64,000 bases of DNA from Phoronis australis (GCA_002633005.1 NMRA01000076.1:680564-744563); one strand, 5' to 3'. Positions 13,995 through 26,667 are shown, counted from the first letter of the stretch. Program-made: numbers and translations. The notes: generated by a model not told the origin, from the letters alone.

Positions 13995-14350
13995 TTCCAC
14001 CTAGGTGGAAATTATTTCAACATAGGTGGAAATTATTTTCACCCGGGTGGAAAATATTTCAACCTAGGTGGATATTATTTTCACCCGGGTGGAAACTATT
14101 ATAACCTAGGTGGAAATTATTTTCACCCGGGTGGAAACTATTTCAACCTAGGTGGAAATTATTTCAACCTAGGTGGAAATTATTTTCACCCGGGTGGAAA
14201 ATATTTCAACCTAGGTGGAAATTATTTTCACCCGGGTGGAAAATATTTCAACCTAGGTGGAAATTATTTTCACCCGGGTGGAAATTATTTCAACCTAGGT
14301 GGAAATTATTTTCACCCGGATGGAAATTATTTTCACCTGGGTGAAAATGT
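13995..14350 (+). repeat. 21-bp tandem array (GGTGGAAATTATTTCAACCTA / GGTGGAAATTATTTTCACCCG), left arm
   Basis: Directly visible; gives the spurious GGNYFHP/GGNYFNL ORF. Confidence 0.9.
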
Positions 14351-15331
14351 TATACATCCGGGCACCTATTTTCATCTGTGTTGTGATTGGATGAAGTCTT
14401 GTAAGTGAAGGTCGATTGGGCCAGCATTTTGTTCAACAAAGTTCAGATTAGGTTGCAATGTCGGCGCCTTATCTGCCTCTTGGATTTGCCGCGGACTTTA
14501 ACAGAGACAGTGTGATTACGTATTACTCCTAGTTCCAAAACAACTCTCTGAATAAAGTTGCCGGATTTCAGCAACGAACCCAAGCCATTAACAAATATAG
14601 TGTATGGTGTAGAACGTTGAGAAATTTCCGATAAATAAATGACATATTATTGTTGTTGTCCAAAAGCCTCACCCTTCCCGTGCTGACAGGTTTCAAAGAC
14701 TTAAAGTTACACAACTAGCAACAAAAGGCACAGATAGTATTATAAATATCCCACAAATGGTAAAAGACGTATGGTGAATCACATCTTATGGATTCACAAG
14801 AGGATACAAATTTTGGTAAACAACTAGCATGATTAATGAATTATACACCAGTCTTAAAAATTACTTAACATTGTTTCTAATTAGAGTATAATTGTCAGCA
14901 GTATCAGAAATGTCACTAACCAATAGTGTAATAAAACACATAATTTCTCATTAAAATACGTATTTGTGTATGACCATTGCAATGACAATCACCTTCAGTA
15001 ACCAGCGTATAACAGTACAAAGTATTCAAGATTAAATTATACTGTAAGGTACAGTCCAGATAAAGTAAAAAAAATTCCAAATTAGTAACGTTTTCGGGGG
15101 GGGGTGGTCAAGCGAAATTCCTTGCACAGATTGTCATGTATATGCTAACACTCTAACACATATGTCTGAAAACATCTGGTGGCAGAATGATCTAACCGAT
15201 TGATTTGAATAAACAAAACAAAGAGCATTGTTTTTAGAGTGCTACAAAAGGGTGTGCAGCTATGGCTTGACACATGACTTGTTTCTAGCGCAAGTAGATG
15301 ACGCCACGTTAACCAAACGACGTACAAGCAT

Positions 15332-15630
15332 GAAAATAATTTCCACCCGGGTGAAAATAATTTCCACCTAGGTTGAAATAGTTTCCACCCGGGTGAAAAT
15401 AATTTTCACCTAGGTTGAAATAATTTCCACCCGGATGAAAATAATTTCCACCTAGGTTGAAATAATTTCCACCCGGGTGAAAATAATTTCCACCTAGGTT
15501 GAACTAGTTTCCACCCGGGTGAAAATAGTTTCCACCCAGGTGAAAATAGTTTCCACCCAGGTGAAAATACTTTCCAACCAGGTGAAAACAGTTTCCACCT
15601 AGGTTGAATTATTTCCACCTAGGTGGAAAA
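15332..15630 (-). repeat. 21-bp tandem array, right arm (reverse complement of 13995-14350)
   Basis: TGAAAATAATTTCCACCCGGG / TTGAAATAATTTCCACCTAGG units. Confidence 0.9.
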
Positions 15631-15992
15631 TGAAAAATGAAAAAATATTTTAGCAAATGTAGCGATGATACTTTCGGGCCACCGTACAACGCTTGAAGAA
15701 GGGCGCTATGCTGACGCTGTTGATTCCCGGCAGTGCCCTGTCGCCAACCTCGAGATGTTGCCTCGCGAGCTGTGGCCTCTACATTGACTGGAGGCAATTC
15801 ATCTACTGTCATCCTTGCTTACGAACGTACCCCCAAGAGCGTGCAATTCCCAACTAGTAGTGATTTGCCCTGTGCTGATGTTGTCTCCAGCCCAGAGCCT
15901 GTAAGCAGCCCCGGAAGCGATGTTGAGTATTGGGAGTGAATAGTGAGGCCCAGTTTGACACCCAGTGGGGAAGACAGTAGGTCGTCCAGTGA

Positions 15993-16300
15993 TCAGGCCG
16001 GAGAGCTAAATTTTGATAAGTTTATTGTGGACTTGATTAAAGTATATTGGAGGTATTTAGCAGTTGCCAGGTGTGTGGCGAGGGAGTCACACGGCGGGAT
16101 GTAAGCGGTTTGGGTGCTCAGGTCACGATCCAGTGGGAACAGCATAGACATTCCAATGAGGTCGGCATAACAGTGCACAGCGTGCATTTGCACCAAGGCG
16201 TCCCACCACGTCTGTCCTCAGTCTCTGCCTCTTCCCTCTTAACAGCTGCCTGTGCGCATTCTGCCTCACTATACCCAAGCTCAAGCATATATCCACCCAA
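15993..16300 (-). pseudogene. P2X7 cytoplasmic-ballast-like (KolX-like) Cys-rich fragment
   Basis: RRGGTPWCKCTLCTVMPTSLECLCC matches the WCxCxxCxxMPTxxExxCC motif; frameshifted after the Cys cluster. Confidence 0.65.
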
Positions 16301-17437
16301 TGACAGTTCGTGAAAAAAATCCTCGTCACCACTGCTAAGAATAAATCTCCGTCACTCACGTCACTGTTTTTGTGATATGGGTCGCCCACTTTAGCCATTT
16401 TCAGGCTACTATAAACTAAAAGATTCCTAAATCCAACATAACTGAGTTCTCTAACAACCCAGCTTGTTGTAAAATACTCGTCGATGGAAAGTGGAGACGA
16501 CAATTGTAGGAGACCAGCACGAAAACAACAGTAGAACAGATTGTTACAGTAAATTGGAACGCGCTAGAAACAAAATGTTGCGAAATACGTAACCCCTAAA
16601 CGTCACTTCTGGTGTAGGGCACGACTAATTAATAAATTTATGGGAAGCCTTAATTAAATGAAACATATGTCTGGGGTAATCAACGAACTGTATTTTTACT
16701 GAAAATGACATGAAAAGGTTGCCTTACCCTTTAATTGTCTGTTTTGCATAATAGTTATCCAACTCGCTCAAATTCGTCCTCGTCTTCTGATCTGCTGTGT
16801 TGCGCAGTGAAATTGATTATCAAGTGGCCAAACGTCTTCTACCCCATACATATCATTTGGCGGAAAACTTGGAAATAACCGATTTTTCTATTCGGCATAA
16901 AAAGTGCTTTAGTTAGATTTTATGTTATTCATTTCATATTAGCTAACTGGAACCTGAAAACTAGGAAAATGCATGGTGGGAACTCTTTAATAAATTCAAG
17001 ATAAAATACGTCAGACAATATAAATGCCTTGCATATTCCAGTTCATCAGGAGCCCGAAAATCAATCTACAACTCCAACTCAGTTACATGAATTCATAGGC
17101 CTTAGAATGCGACCTACAAATTTTCTCATGTACATAAAACGCAAAGGCAGTAGTCCCCCAAATCAAAAACACCAATCTCCATGCTGAAGTAGAACGAGGG
17201 AACATCCAAGCCCTGAGATTAAACCTAGGTGTTCAGGAGATTGGAGAAGTTGGTCGGCGGCTTGTAGTTACCGGCGAAGTGTAGCCTAAAATATCAGTGC
17301 TTTATGTGCATTTTGTCATTTAACGAATTCCTAATCTACGTTAGACTTTGCCCCATCCTCTCTTTGGTAATGGCGTAGAGAGCGAATTCAAAATGTTTTT
17401 GTCCATATACACTGGTATTAGCACAATGACATTTCAG

Positions 17438-17584
17438 GATCGCCATGCCACTGGAAACAGCGAGCCCACAGTGGACAGTTCTCAAGATTACGTATTACTT
17501 CACAGCTCTCAACTTCAAAACAAGACAACTTTAAGATTCTACAGAACTTTGGACACATGCGACGACAATGATATGATCATTAAT
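17438..17584 (+). CDS. MOXD1: MOXD1-like copy B exon 2 (DOMON)
   Basis: tttcag|GAT; DRHATGNSEPTVDSSQDYVLL...RTLDTCDDNDMIIN|GTGAGT; 147 nt. Confidence 0.92.
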
Positions 17585-18242
17585 GTGAGTATATGTATCA
17601 TTAAATCTCTTACGGTCTCACGAGTAAAACATTACTTTCCCAAAGCGAAAACTATATTTTCATTTTCCTGTTTACTTACTGGAAATAATTCCCAATCTTA
17701 ACGTTGCGAAACCAACTGGTTCCTTCTACTGAGATACTTGACCCATTAACATTTAGAACTACTATCCGGTGGACCAAGACGGTTACTGGGCTCTGAGCTG
17801 CAAGAGAACTTTTCGCGAGGAGTATTTTCACTTGTTATTTTTACCTTTTTCTTGTATTACTAAATAAGGTATTTCCGATTTACCACGTTTTAAGTTGCAC
17901 ACTTCCGGTGAAAAAGTTTATATAAATTAAACTGTCACTTAGGTCGATCGTAGAATCCACTATAAACAACAGCATTAGCCAATTGCGAACTGAGAAACCC
18001 GCTGAAGATTCAGCTCTTACATCTGCTATGGGTACCGAGTAAGAAATCCTAGACTGATAGAGAAAAAGGTCCGTTAAAACGGTTTAGCCTAAGTTACTAA
18101 AACTGTTGATCTCTGCTGAATATTATCACAAAAGGCAGGCAAGAAAAATGCCTTCGCATGCGTAAAATGCGTCCTGGTATTTTTGCAGAGTTTGCAGGGG
18201 CTTGGAAAACAATCGAACTCGAAACCTAGAATGACAAACGAT

Positions 18243-18408
18243 CTATATATATATATATATAAATATACACATACACATACACACAAACACATACATAAAC
18301 ATACATACGCACACACATACATACATACATAGATGCATACATACATGCATGCATGCTTGCAGACACTCACACACACGCACGCACGTACGCACGCACGCAC
18401 ACACATAT
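18243..18408. repeat. Compound TA/CA/CATA/CGCA microsatellite
   Basis: Directly visible. Confidence 0.85.
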
Positions 18409-18866
18409 TATGTTCTGTTAATTCAAAAGGCCATCATTTAAACATAAGTTTTGATAAAACTGATTCGGGTTGAAATGCATTTTGCACTTATAACAAAAAT
18501 GAAGACGAAGGAGCATTTATAACTCATCTGCTCAAAGAGCAGTGAAGTCACAATTACATTGCTTTAGGTTTGACTACAGAGGGTAGTGCATAGACCGCCA
18601 ACTCCAAATATTTTCATCGGATGAAACCTGTGACGTCAAATAGTCACTGGCGTCACCTGAAGTGTTACCAAATCTTACTTCCGACAAGTACGTCGTTTGC
18701 TAATCATGATAACATCATCATGAGCAACGTCAGCAAATTTCTTTATTGAGACACCGTGTTACTCACTTTCGACTGTCACACAGCTCAGAACATGACGTGC
18801 CTGACTTCAAACAAGAGCGCATTTATGCACCAGTCACTTTTTACAAGCATGAATTCTGTTTTACAG

Positions 18867-19034
18867 GGTGACACATTCCGAATCATTTGGGCTTACGGTA
18901 TTTCTGATACAGTATCGTACCACAGCGCGTCACCATTCCGTAGAGGAGTTAAAAGTGTGCTACTTCTCGCGGCTGTGAGGTCTCTTCCGAACATGCCCTC
19001 TGACACGATCGAGTGGGATTTTGTAGTCAATAAC
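18867..19034 (+). CDS. MOXD1: MOXD1-like copy B exon 3 (DOMON C-part)
   Basis: ttacag|GGT; GDTFRIIWAYGISDTVSYH...RGVKSVLLL...DFVVNN|GTAAGT; 168 nt. Confidence 0.92.
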
Positions 19035-19270
19035 GTAAGTAAGTGCTGAAGAGTTTCCTGAAGTGTGACATAAATGTTTCCTTTTTTGATCACACAAAGG
19101 CCAGTGAACCAGGACTGTATGTTTTGAATGTGTTTTTATTGCCCCATGAGAGAATTCGCATTCGCCGCTAAGTTTCTTGTTTTTATATGTATCATTAGGA
19201 TACTAGATATAGATGTAGGCAATAAACACGTTCACGCTATGTTATGGCCAATATCTAATCTCTCCAACAG

Positions 19271-19354
19271 GTGTCGGTGCCTGCGAAAGATACCACGTAC
19301 TGGTGCAAGGGGTTCCGCGTACCTAAGCTGACTAAGAAACACCATGTCATAAAA
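19271..19354 (+). CDS. MOXD1: MOXD1-like copy B exon 4
   Basis: caacag|GTG; VSVPAKDTTYWCKGFRVPKLTKKHHVIK|GTAAGT; TTYWC is a DBH-family hallmark. Confidence 0.92.
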
Positions 19355-20084
19355 GTAAGTAAACAACCACTTCTTATACAAGCAATAAACCTTTAAGCAA
19401 TACGGACTTAATTCTGCAATACACATAACAAATAAGTCTCTCTTGGGTTTCACTGACCCTAAAACATGGACGAAAGAAATCAAGCTAATGTCGATATCAA
19501 ATCTAAACATTATTTGATACAGCCTGCAACCATTTGAATAATGCCTACCTACGTAAACAACAATGCGTTGTAAATCTGGAGACGATAGTGCGACTCTTTT
19601 GATTGATCTCAAGTCCCACGAAACCAGGGTGGAATATCGGAGGACCTTTCTCCGAGAAAACATGGACCAGTACTCGATTCTCTCCTTGTTATGTCTCTTG
19701 AAATATATTTGCAGAAGTTAAGACTTGTTTGCAAGCTGATGATATTGGAACTTTCATTGCAGGTGATTACCCCAGGTCAAGTTGCATGTGTTAATCTGAC
19801 TGTTAGGTCTTTGTCTTTTTTCCATTTTACAACATTTCATTCAAAGCTGGCATTGAATTGATAGCACGTCAAGATCTACCAAATATGTAAAATTTCACTC
19901 ACATGTTTTTTCAGTAACTTGCTTCTCGATTTACTTAAGCCGTTTGCATAGAGCCTAGTGTATGGTACTAATTTCGGATATAGGCGCAACTTTGCACACG
20001 AGCTTAAATTCACGCATATACGACACATGTTATCTTTGTGATTGACGTTCCAGTTTATGTGTTAAAAATGAGTTAATATTTTAG

Positions 20085-20267
20085 CATCAACCATATATTA
20101 CTTCTGGAAACGAAGCACTGGTTCACCACATCCTCATCTACGCATGCTATGGTGACGTCAACACTACTGGTGCACATTTGCTCGAGTCTGAAGGATGTAA
20201 CTTGATGCCCAATAACCTTTATAAAGGATGCCTCAATATAATGATGGGATGGGCTGTTGGTGGCGAG
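20085..20267 (+). CDS. MOXD1: MOXD1-like copy B exon 5 (CuH His-His)
   Basis: ttttag|CAT; HQPYITSGNEALVHHILIYAC...GWAVGGE|GTTAGT; 183 nt. Confidence 0.92.
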
Positions 20268-20859
20268 GTTAGTGTATTTCAAAAAGTCATCGACTTTTAC
20301 AAAGAGTTCGTAAGACAATTCTTTGGAAATTTGAATCCGGCGATTGGTCATAAGACCTATATGCCCCTAACATTGACTCGTGTGATACACAGCTTGCGAC
20401 GTAATTAATCTGAACAAATGCAATCAAACTAGGAAGGACTTCAACACTACAACCTGTGTTTTTGTCTATGCTTTCATTTCGTTCTCATAACTCCGTGAAC
20501 AGTGAAGAAATTCTAATCCATAAAGCTGTTTGCTTTTCAAAATTTTACAAAATGACCAGGTGTAAAAATAACCAGATCATTTCTAAGAAGGGTTTTCAAT
20601 AGAGGTACGTACCACTAAGGTCATCCGATATTATGTCAATTTTCATGTGCGTATGACGTTAATAGAAGACAAGGCTCAGGAAAAAAAATCTTGCCATTGT
20701 CTGTGTACGTGTATGCACACATGAACAGGCATATGTATGCATAATCGTCAATTTTCGCGTGCCTATCAAGATAATAAAAGACCAAGTTGAGAAATGAAAA
20801 ATGTGCTATTATCTATATCTATGTACATGTTTAAACACACACTGGTGTGCGCGCACAAA

Positions 20860-20883
20860 CAAATACACACGCACGCACACACG

Positions 20884-20949
<66 letters not shown>

Positions 20950-21015
20950 TGCCGAATCATACATACATATACATGTATGCGTGCGTGTGCGTGTGTGTGC
21001 GTGCGTGTGTGTGTA
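20860..21015. repeat. (CA)n microsatellite followed by (TG/CG)n
   Basis: Pure CA run ~20885-20946. Confidence 0.9.
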
Positions 21016-21420
21016 TGAGTGCAACCTGTGGAATCTTTGTACATTTTTGGTACTGCTGATAGTATGACGAAAATTTCAAAGAATTTCAGCTTTGTCAACA
21101 GCCAGTTCGGCAACTCAACTTCTGCTCTAGGAGATCGTCAGAGTTTTCATAATTGCAAGAAATTGTGTGTGAAATACCAGTGCAAGACTCACGGACCGTC
21201 CTTAAAATATCGTCGATCCCACTCACCCTACACTCACTCCTTCCAGGTGGCGTGGTCAATAGGTCGAATCATTTATTTCTTATTTTAGTGTTAAAGGCAA
21301 CGTATTTTTTAGTAATTAAAGAAATGACGATACATATCTTGCGGCCGTTTTGTCGCGCGAGGGGTAACCAACTGGATTTCTCTCTAGTCCTTGTCTATTA
21401 GTAGTCTAAACTTCTTTCAG

Positions 21421-21523
21421 ACTTTTTATTATCCTAACAACGTGGGTCTTCCGTTTGGTGATGACCAACAGCCAAAGTTTCTGCTTCTGGAAATCCACTA
21501 CGATAATCCGACACATCGAACAG
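21421..21523 (+). CDS. MOXD1: MOXD1-like copy B exon 6 (third CuH His)
   Basis: tttcag|ACT; TFYYPNNVGLPFGDDQQPKFLLLEIHYDNPTHRT G|GTAGGT; phase 1. Confidence 0.92.
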
Positions 21524-22380
21524 GTAGGTTGACCAATGGAGAGACGCTGACAATAACATGTACGACACATTTCTTCTTATATTGGCACGGTTTACAACTA
21601 AGCAATCGGCATTAAATTCTTTGTAAATGTTATGCTTTTGGTATCAGGGTTGTTTATTTCATTTACGGTCGCCATGAAGCTACAAATATTTTGAAGGAAT
21701 TTAATCCACAACTGCGAGACATCGGATGTAGTTGCCCCGTTTTGTCAAATTTCCCCGAAACACTGTGAGAAGTTCCACCCGAGTTCTCTCTTCTCAATAG
21801 AGAAGGTTCTTGTTTTGTGAAAAAGATCGAGTCTCCACGGTTAAATGTATTGCCGTATGAGATTGTGTACACCAACTTGCGAAATCAGTGTGAAACGGAT
21901 TAACAATTCGTTGTACACACTTCAGACATCGTGACATCTTTCGACAAATTCACTGGTTAACGTTATTGGCCTCTGACTGTAGATAATGCAAGAAGTAGAC
22001 CATATTAGTAAACTCTTGACAAAGAGAACAGTGCAGACGTGGCAGACATGTACACCAGCAATTTATCCAGAGCATCTCGAGGATTTTCGTATTAAATGCA
22101 ATTTTCCCCTTGAAGTTGAACGTTATCTGCGAATGTGCGAACTTCGGTCATACAACCAATCATTTTCACTTTGAAATTCACGTCACTGCACCTTCCCCGC
22201 TAAAATTCAACTCTGAGAAGTTTGAGGGTTTGAAAAGACCCGGGGTGTTCCAAATTACGTAATTTGGCTTTAAGTCGCCACGTCTTCCAAACTGTGAGGA
22301 GAAGCGTAAGGAAAAATACTGATACTTCTTCAAAAATTTGATTGTGTGGAGCCTCTAATCGTTTATTCTTCAAATTTTAG

Positions 22381-22547
22381 ACTGGGTTGATTCTTCTGGA
22401 ATCAAATTCACCCTGACGCCAACCTTGCGACGCTTTGACGCTGGGGTGCTTGTTGTCGGACATACTGTTGGTAACTCTCAGGCAATTCCACCCGGTCAAG
22501 TATCGTTTACAACATACAGCTACTGTAACAGCGACTGCACCAAGGAG
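22381..22547 (+). CDS. MOXD1: MOXD1-like copy B exon 7 (first copy)
   Basis: ttttag|AC; DWVDSSGIKFTLTPTLRRFDAGVLVVGHTVGNSQAIPPG...CNSDCTKE|GTAACG; 167 nt. Confidence 0.85.
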
Positions 22548-23235
22548 GTAACGTCAGAATACGAAGAACGTTACGACTTTTTCTGGTTTTCAGAGTAAAA
22601 ATAGTTCATAATAGAGGGCACTCAATCGGAGATGCTAGTGAAGGTTTCCAGCTGACCTTTTTGTCATGGGTATAGCAAGGGTGCATTCAGTAGTCTAGTT
22701 TCTTGCGAGAAAATTGAGATCACAAAAGACGATGTACAATCAAGCTAGAGAAAGGCCAACCCTTGCACAGCAAGCTCAAGACCTCCCAAAAGTAGGCTAG
22801 GAAATGGTCACCAGACGAGTCCGGAATGAAGAGTTCTCACCTTAAGTGCCTCGCGAGGAGCGCATCCTAATATCGGAGCCTTCGTGGCCTAAGGGTCCCA
22901 CGTTACTACATGTATACATTTTCACATAGAGCTACGTAGGGCAATTGTTTCGCTAACGTCACTTTTTAAAGTCCGAACTCTCCGTGGTTCTACACTTTTC
23001 CCATTGGTACTGTGAGCCTAGTAGTGTAGGGAATATTTTTTTATTTTGTTTTGTTTCACGCCTGATCTTGAGTTTGTCGAAAAAACGAACTTGGGCGGAA
23101 TGCANCAAATTACGTAATTTGGCTTTAAGTCGCCACGTCTTCCAAACTGTGAGGAGAAGCGTAAGGAAAAATACTGATACTTCTTCAAAAATTTGATTGT
23201 GTGGAGTATCTAATCGTTTATTCTTCAAATTTTAG

Positions 23236-23402
23236 ACTGGGTTGATTCTTCTGGAATCAAATTCACCCTGACGCCAACCTTGCGACGCTTTGACGCTGGG
23301 GTGCTTGCTGTCGGACATACTGTTGGTAACTCTCAGGCAATTCCACCCGGTCAAGTATCCTTTACAACATACAGCTACTGTAACAGCGACTGCACCAAGG
23401 AG
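23236..23402 (+). CDS. MOXD1: MOXD1-like copy B exon 7 (second copy, probably allelic)
   Basis: Matches 22381-22547 except GTT>GCT (V>A) and TCG>TCC; lies in an ~850-bp duplication split by N at 23105. Confidence 0.7.
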
Positions 23403-24262
23403 GTAACGTCAGAATACGAAGAACGCCTTTTTCTGGTTTTCAGAGTTAAAATAGTTCATAATAGTGGGCACTCAATCGGAGATGCTAGTGAAGGTTTCCA
23501 GCTGACCTTTTTGTCATGGGTATACCAAGGGTGCATTCAGTAGTCTAGTTTCTTGCGAGAAAATTGAGATCACAAAAGACGATGTACAATCAAGCTAGAG
23601 AAAGGCCAGCCTTTGGCCAGCAAGCCCCAGACCTCCCAAAAGTAGGCTAGGAAATGGCCACCAGGCGAGTCCGGAATGAAGAGATCTCACCGTAAGTGCC
23701 TCGCGAGGAGCGCATCCCAATATCGGGGCCTTCGCGGCCTAAGGGTCCCACGTTACTACATGTATACATTTTCACATAGAGCTACGTAGGGCAATTGTTT
23801 CACTAACGTCACTTTTTAAAGTCCGAACTCTCCGTGGTTCTACACTTTTCCCATTGCTACTGTGAGCCTAGTAGTGTAGGGAATATTTTTTATTTTGTTT
23901 TGTTTCACGCCTGATCTTAAGTTTGTCGAAAAAACGAACTTGGGCGGAATGCATTGAATTAATCTGGTCCTATAGTTGCAGCAACCATATGCCACAGAGG
24001 CATTTCTGACTAGATGGAACAGTATTTTCGTGCGTTTTGCGATACCATCAAGTCGGACTGTCTCTATGTTTATTCAACCAATCGAGATATCCGAACGCTG
24101 CTTCGTTTTGTTAATAGATGAGAAGCCAATTACATGATGCTTTCACAGCTCTGACCCTTGTAAACTCTGGGGTTGTTTCACTACGGCATGTTGTAGCTGT
24201 TGTTTACAAAACCAATTTATTTGGCGAAGAATTGGCTTTATTGTCCAAAGCGTTTCTTTTAG

Positions 24263-24511
24263 GGACTGGCTGGAACACCTAATGGAATCAAAATAATAGC
24301 GGGTTTGCTACACGCCCACCTGTTGGGTAGAAAGATGCGTTTACGTCACATCCGGAATGCCGTTGAACTAGAGCCAATTTTCGAAGACAACCACTACGAC
24401 TTTAACTACCAACAAATAGTAGTCAGACGCCAGCAGACAACCTTTCTACCTGGAGATGAAATACAAATGGAATGTCAGTTGAGTTCGCGGCACAAGAACA
24501 CATTTACTTAT
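24263..24511 (+). CDS. MOXD1: MOXD1-like copy B exon 8 (CuM HxH)
   Basis: ttttag|GGA; GLLHAHLLGRKMRLRHIRN...YDFNYQ...LPGDEIQMEC...FTY|GTAAGT; 249 nt. Confidence 0.93.
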
Positions 24512-25089
24512 GTAAGTAACCTTATATTCCTTATTATTGCAAACTGAGCCCATTTGACTGCGAGTTGAGTCCTCGAACATTTTATTTAAGATACGTAGGT
24601 GTATGGCTGCGTTCTCTTTCAAGTCACCACTGACGGCCTCTTACATGGACAGGGGATCTTTCTTTCTTTCTGTGTCTGTTGAATGAATTAACAGGAATGT
24701 ACTTTGATTCACGACTAGCAGTTTCAAAGGGACAACAAACCCTTTCCTTCTGTTCAAAAATATTTTTTATTTACGCCCAGATACTTGTATTCAATAAAAT
24801 CCGTATCATATCGCAAATGTTTGCCTGGCTTGTGAAGAACTTTGTTCGAAAGTTCGTTGTTTACTTCAGATCACGCCCGTACTTGGCACGGCATGTTACT
24901 TTCAGTCTTCAAGGAAGTACGTCAGCCGAGAATTTCGGGTAGTTTGAGTTCAAACAAAAATTAAGCTTAAAAACAGTATTTAAATTGAGTGTAAATATTT
25001 TAAATAAAATGAAAACAATGAACAAATTATTGTGGTGTTGCTAGGAGATCACTTGACAGACACAAATGATGACGTTGAGCAAAGGTGGT

Positions 25090-25700
25090 TAAATCAACTT
25101 TTTTAACGTGGTTAAAAGTAGGTATGTGTTTAATGTGATTTGGAAGACCATTCCACTCACTTATGGCAAGAACAGAAAACGCCTTGCATAAAAATCAGTC
25201 CTGTGTTTAGGCAACAGAAGGCCATACTTTGAGGCAAAACGAGTATTTGCTCCATGTGTGGAGCGAGCTGGTACAATATTTCTGGTCAGGTATTCTGGGT
25301 GCATCGCCGCAGTAGCACTTAAAAAACATGCACATCCGTCTAAGTTTATAAAATTATCAGCAGTTATCCAGTTTAACTCGGTGAATATCTGACAGGATAG
25401 AGTGTCAAATCGAACATTTGGGGTGATTCTGTCGGCCTGTTTTTGCACCATTAAAAGCTTGTTAATCAAACTGGTTGTGCAACCGGGCCACACGGTACAA
25501 CAATTTAAAAATGAGAAACTAAAATACCTCGATTTGCACTCTCTAGGAAGGTTGGGGCTAATACATCTTAAAAGTTCGAGTATCTGTCGCACTCTGGAGA
25601 CAACCTCAGAAACATTATCACTCCATGATAATGTATGGTCAATCTTAAAATAAAACACTTATTGAGCTCAACTACTTTTGGAGGAGATTTTTGCAAATGA
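25090..25700 (-). mobile_element. CR1/L2-like LINE ORF2 C-terminal fragment
   Basis: IDHTLSWSDNV...CCTVW...KLLMVQKQADRI...FTELNW...PEYL...NTR pattern (ORF 25161-25658). Confidence 0.75.
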
Positions 25701-26527
25701 ATTTCGAACTGTTGAAGTAGATCAATCTCGATGTATATCGATTGTTAAAAGTTCATCTAAAAATTGAATGTTATCAGGAGGGCAACGCCTTCGTGATATT
25801 ATGTATCTCTTGTTTAAATCTTTGTTTAGTTATCGAGCTTGGCTTGATTCACATTCGCTTGTTTGATGTCAATAGCAGGTAGATGAACGAGCACTGTACG
25901 TTCACAAAGGATGTACATTTGTTGTGTTTTAGAGATAACAATCTTGGTTATGTCTTCCTGGTTTTAGCCATAACATACCTTTTCAAAAAGCGAAAAACAG
26001 GTAACATTTTAAAAACGTTGCACATATTTTCAAAAAAATATAAATACTCCGCTCGCCTGACGAATTACGTTGGCATTACGTAAGGTGTATATTACGAGTC
26101 TAATTACTAAAATCAGCTATTCCTTATGCATTTGCTCGTTTTACGTAACGTCATCGTATTCTAATCGATTGACTGAATTGAATTTGGTTCAGTGAAATAA
26201 ATTGCCTGAAAATACCCTGAAGGCCATCTTGCGTCGACGACTAGTTAAGACTGGTGTGCAGCAATGACGTCATGTTAACTCCTTTCAACCCTACAAATCA
26301 TATCTACTCTAAAAACGAATGAGATGAGACTTGTTTTACAACAGAGCCCAACCTTAAACAAAAGTCGTGTTTCATAGAATGGCCGGGTTTATTGTCCAAT
26401 TAACTTTGTACTAAAAATGAAACGGACGCTGCCTGAATCCTGATACGGCAGCGTTAACACTGAATTGCTACTTCTTTCAAAGGAGCTCATATTGTTCATG
26501 CCTTTATTGATACATTTTTATAACTAG

Positions 26528-26667
26528 GGAGGCTTGGGAACAAACGACGAGATGTGCGTAGCGTTTGTACTCTATTATCCGAGAACTCAACTGACCTATT
26601 GTGGGAGCACGCCACCACCGTTCGTCCCATTCTTAGTGGAAAAGGGAATGAATTTCACTCGTGACAA
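26528..26667 (+). CDS. MOXD1: MOXD1-like copy B exon 9 (CuM Met)
   Basis: aactag|GGA; GGLGTNDEMCVAFVLYYPRTQLTYCGS...FTRD AA|GTAAGT; phase 2. Confidence 0.92.

Larger units (their letters stand above)
13939..15684. mobile_element. Foldback-like element with TA TSD and inverted 21-bp tandem arrays
   Basis: Termini CGGTGGCCCGAAAGTATCATCGCTA and TAGCGATGATACTTTCGGGCCACCG; TA at 13937-13938 and 15685-15686. Confidence 0.85.
13727..15725 (+). pseudogene. Frameshifted THAP domain of the Kolobok-type transposase, split by a nested element
   Basis: (T)PRGCC-TGCTNYRLTHTLGMPLHRILKHDTLHRTWLIRVK...YRVCDQHFLSLDYE (13727-13936), then QRLKKGAMLTL (AVPT-box-like) from 15687. Confidence 0.7.
13456..16730 (+). 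mobile_element. Kolobok-type DNA transposon remnant (TTAA TSD, ~160-bp imperfect TIRs)
   Basis: TTAA|AGGAGAAAGCAATC at 13452-13456 and GGTTGCCTTACCCT|TTAA at 16730-16734; TIRs align ~13456-13615 vs ~16570-16730; THAP remnant on +, Cys-rich ballast-like remnant on -. Confidence 0.8.

Noticed and set aside
13899-14408. 169-aa ORF with GGNYFHP/GGNYFNL repeats
   Set aside because: Read-through of a 21-bp transposon array that is mirrored on the opposite arm; not a gene.
13995-15630. CRISPR-like appearance of the 21-bp arrays (and the 35314-35610 array)
   Set aside because: No unique spacers of CRISPR length, no cas genes, eukaryotic context.
20766-21113. HT/CV-repeat ORFs (also 18089-18406)
   Set aside because: Microsatellite translation artefacts.
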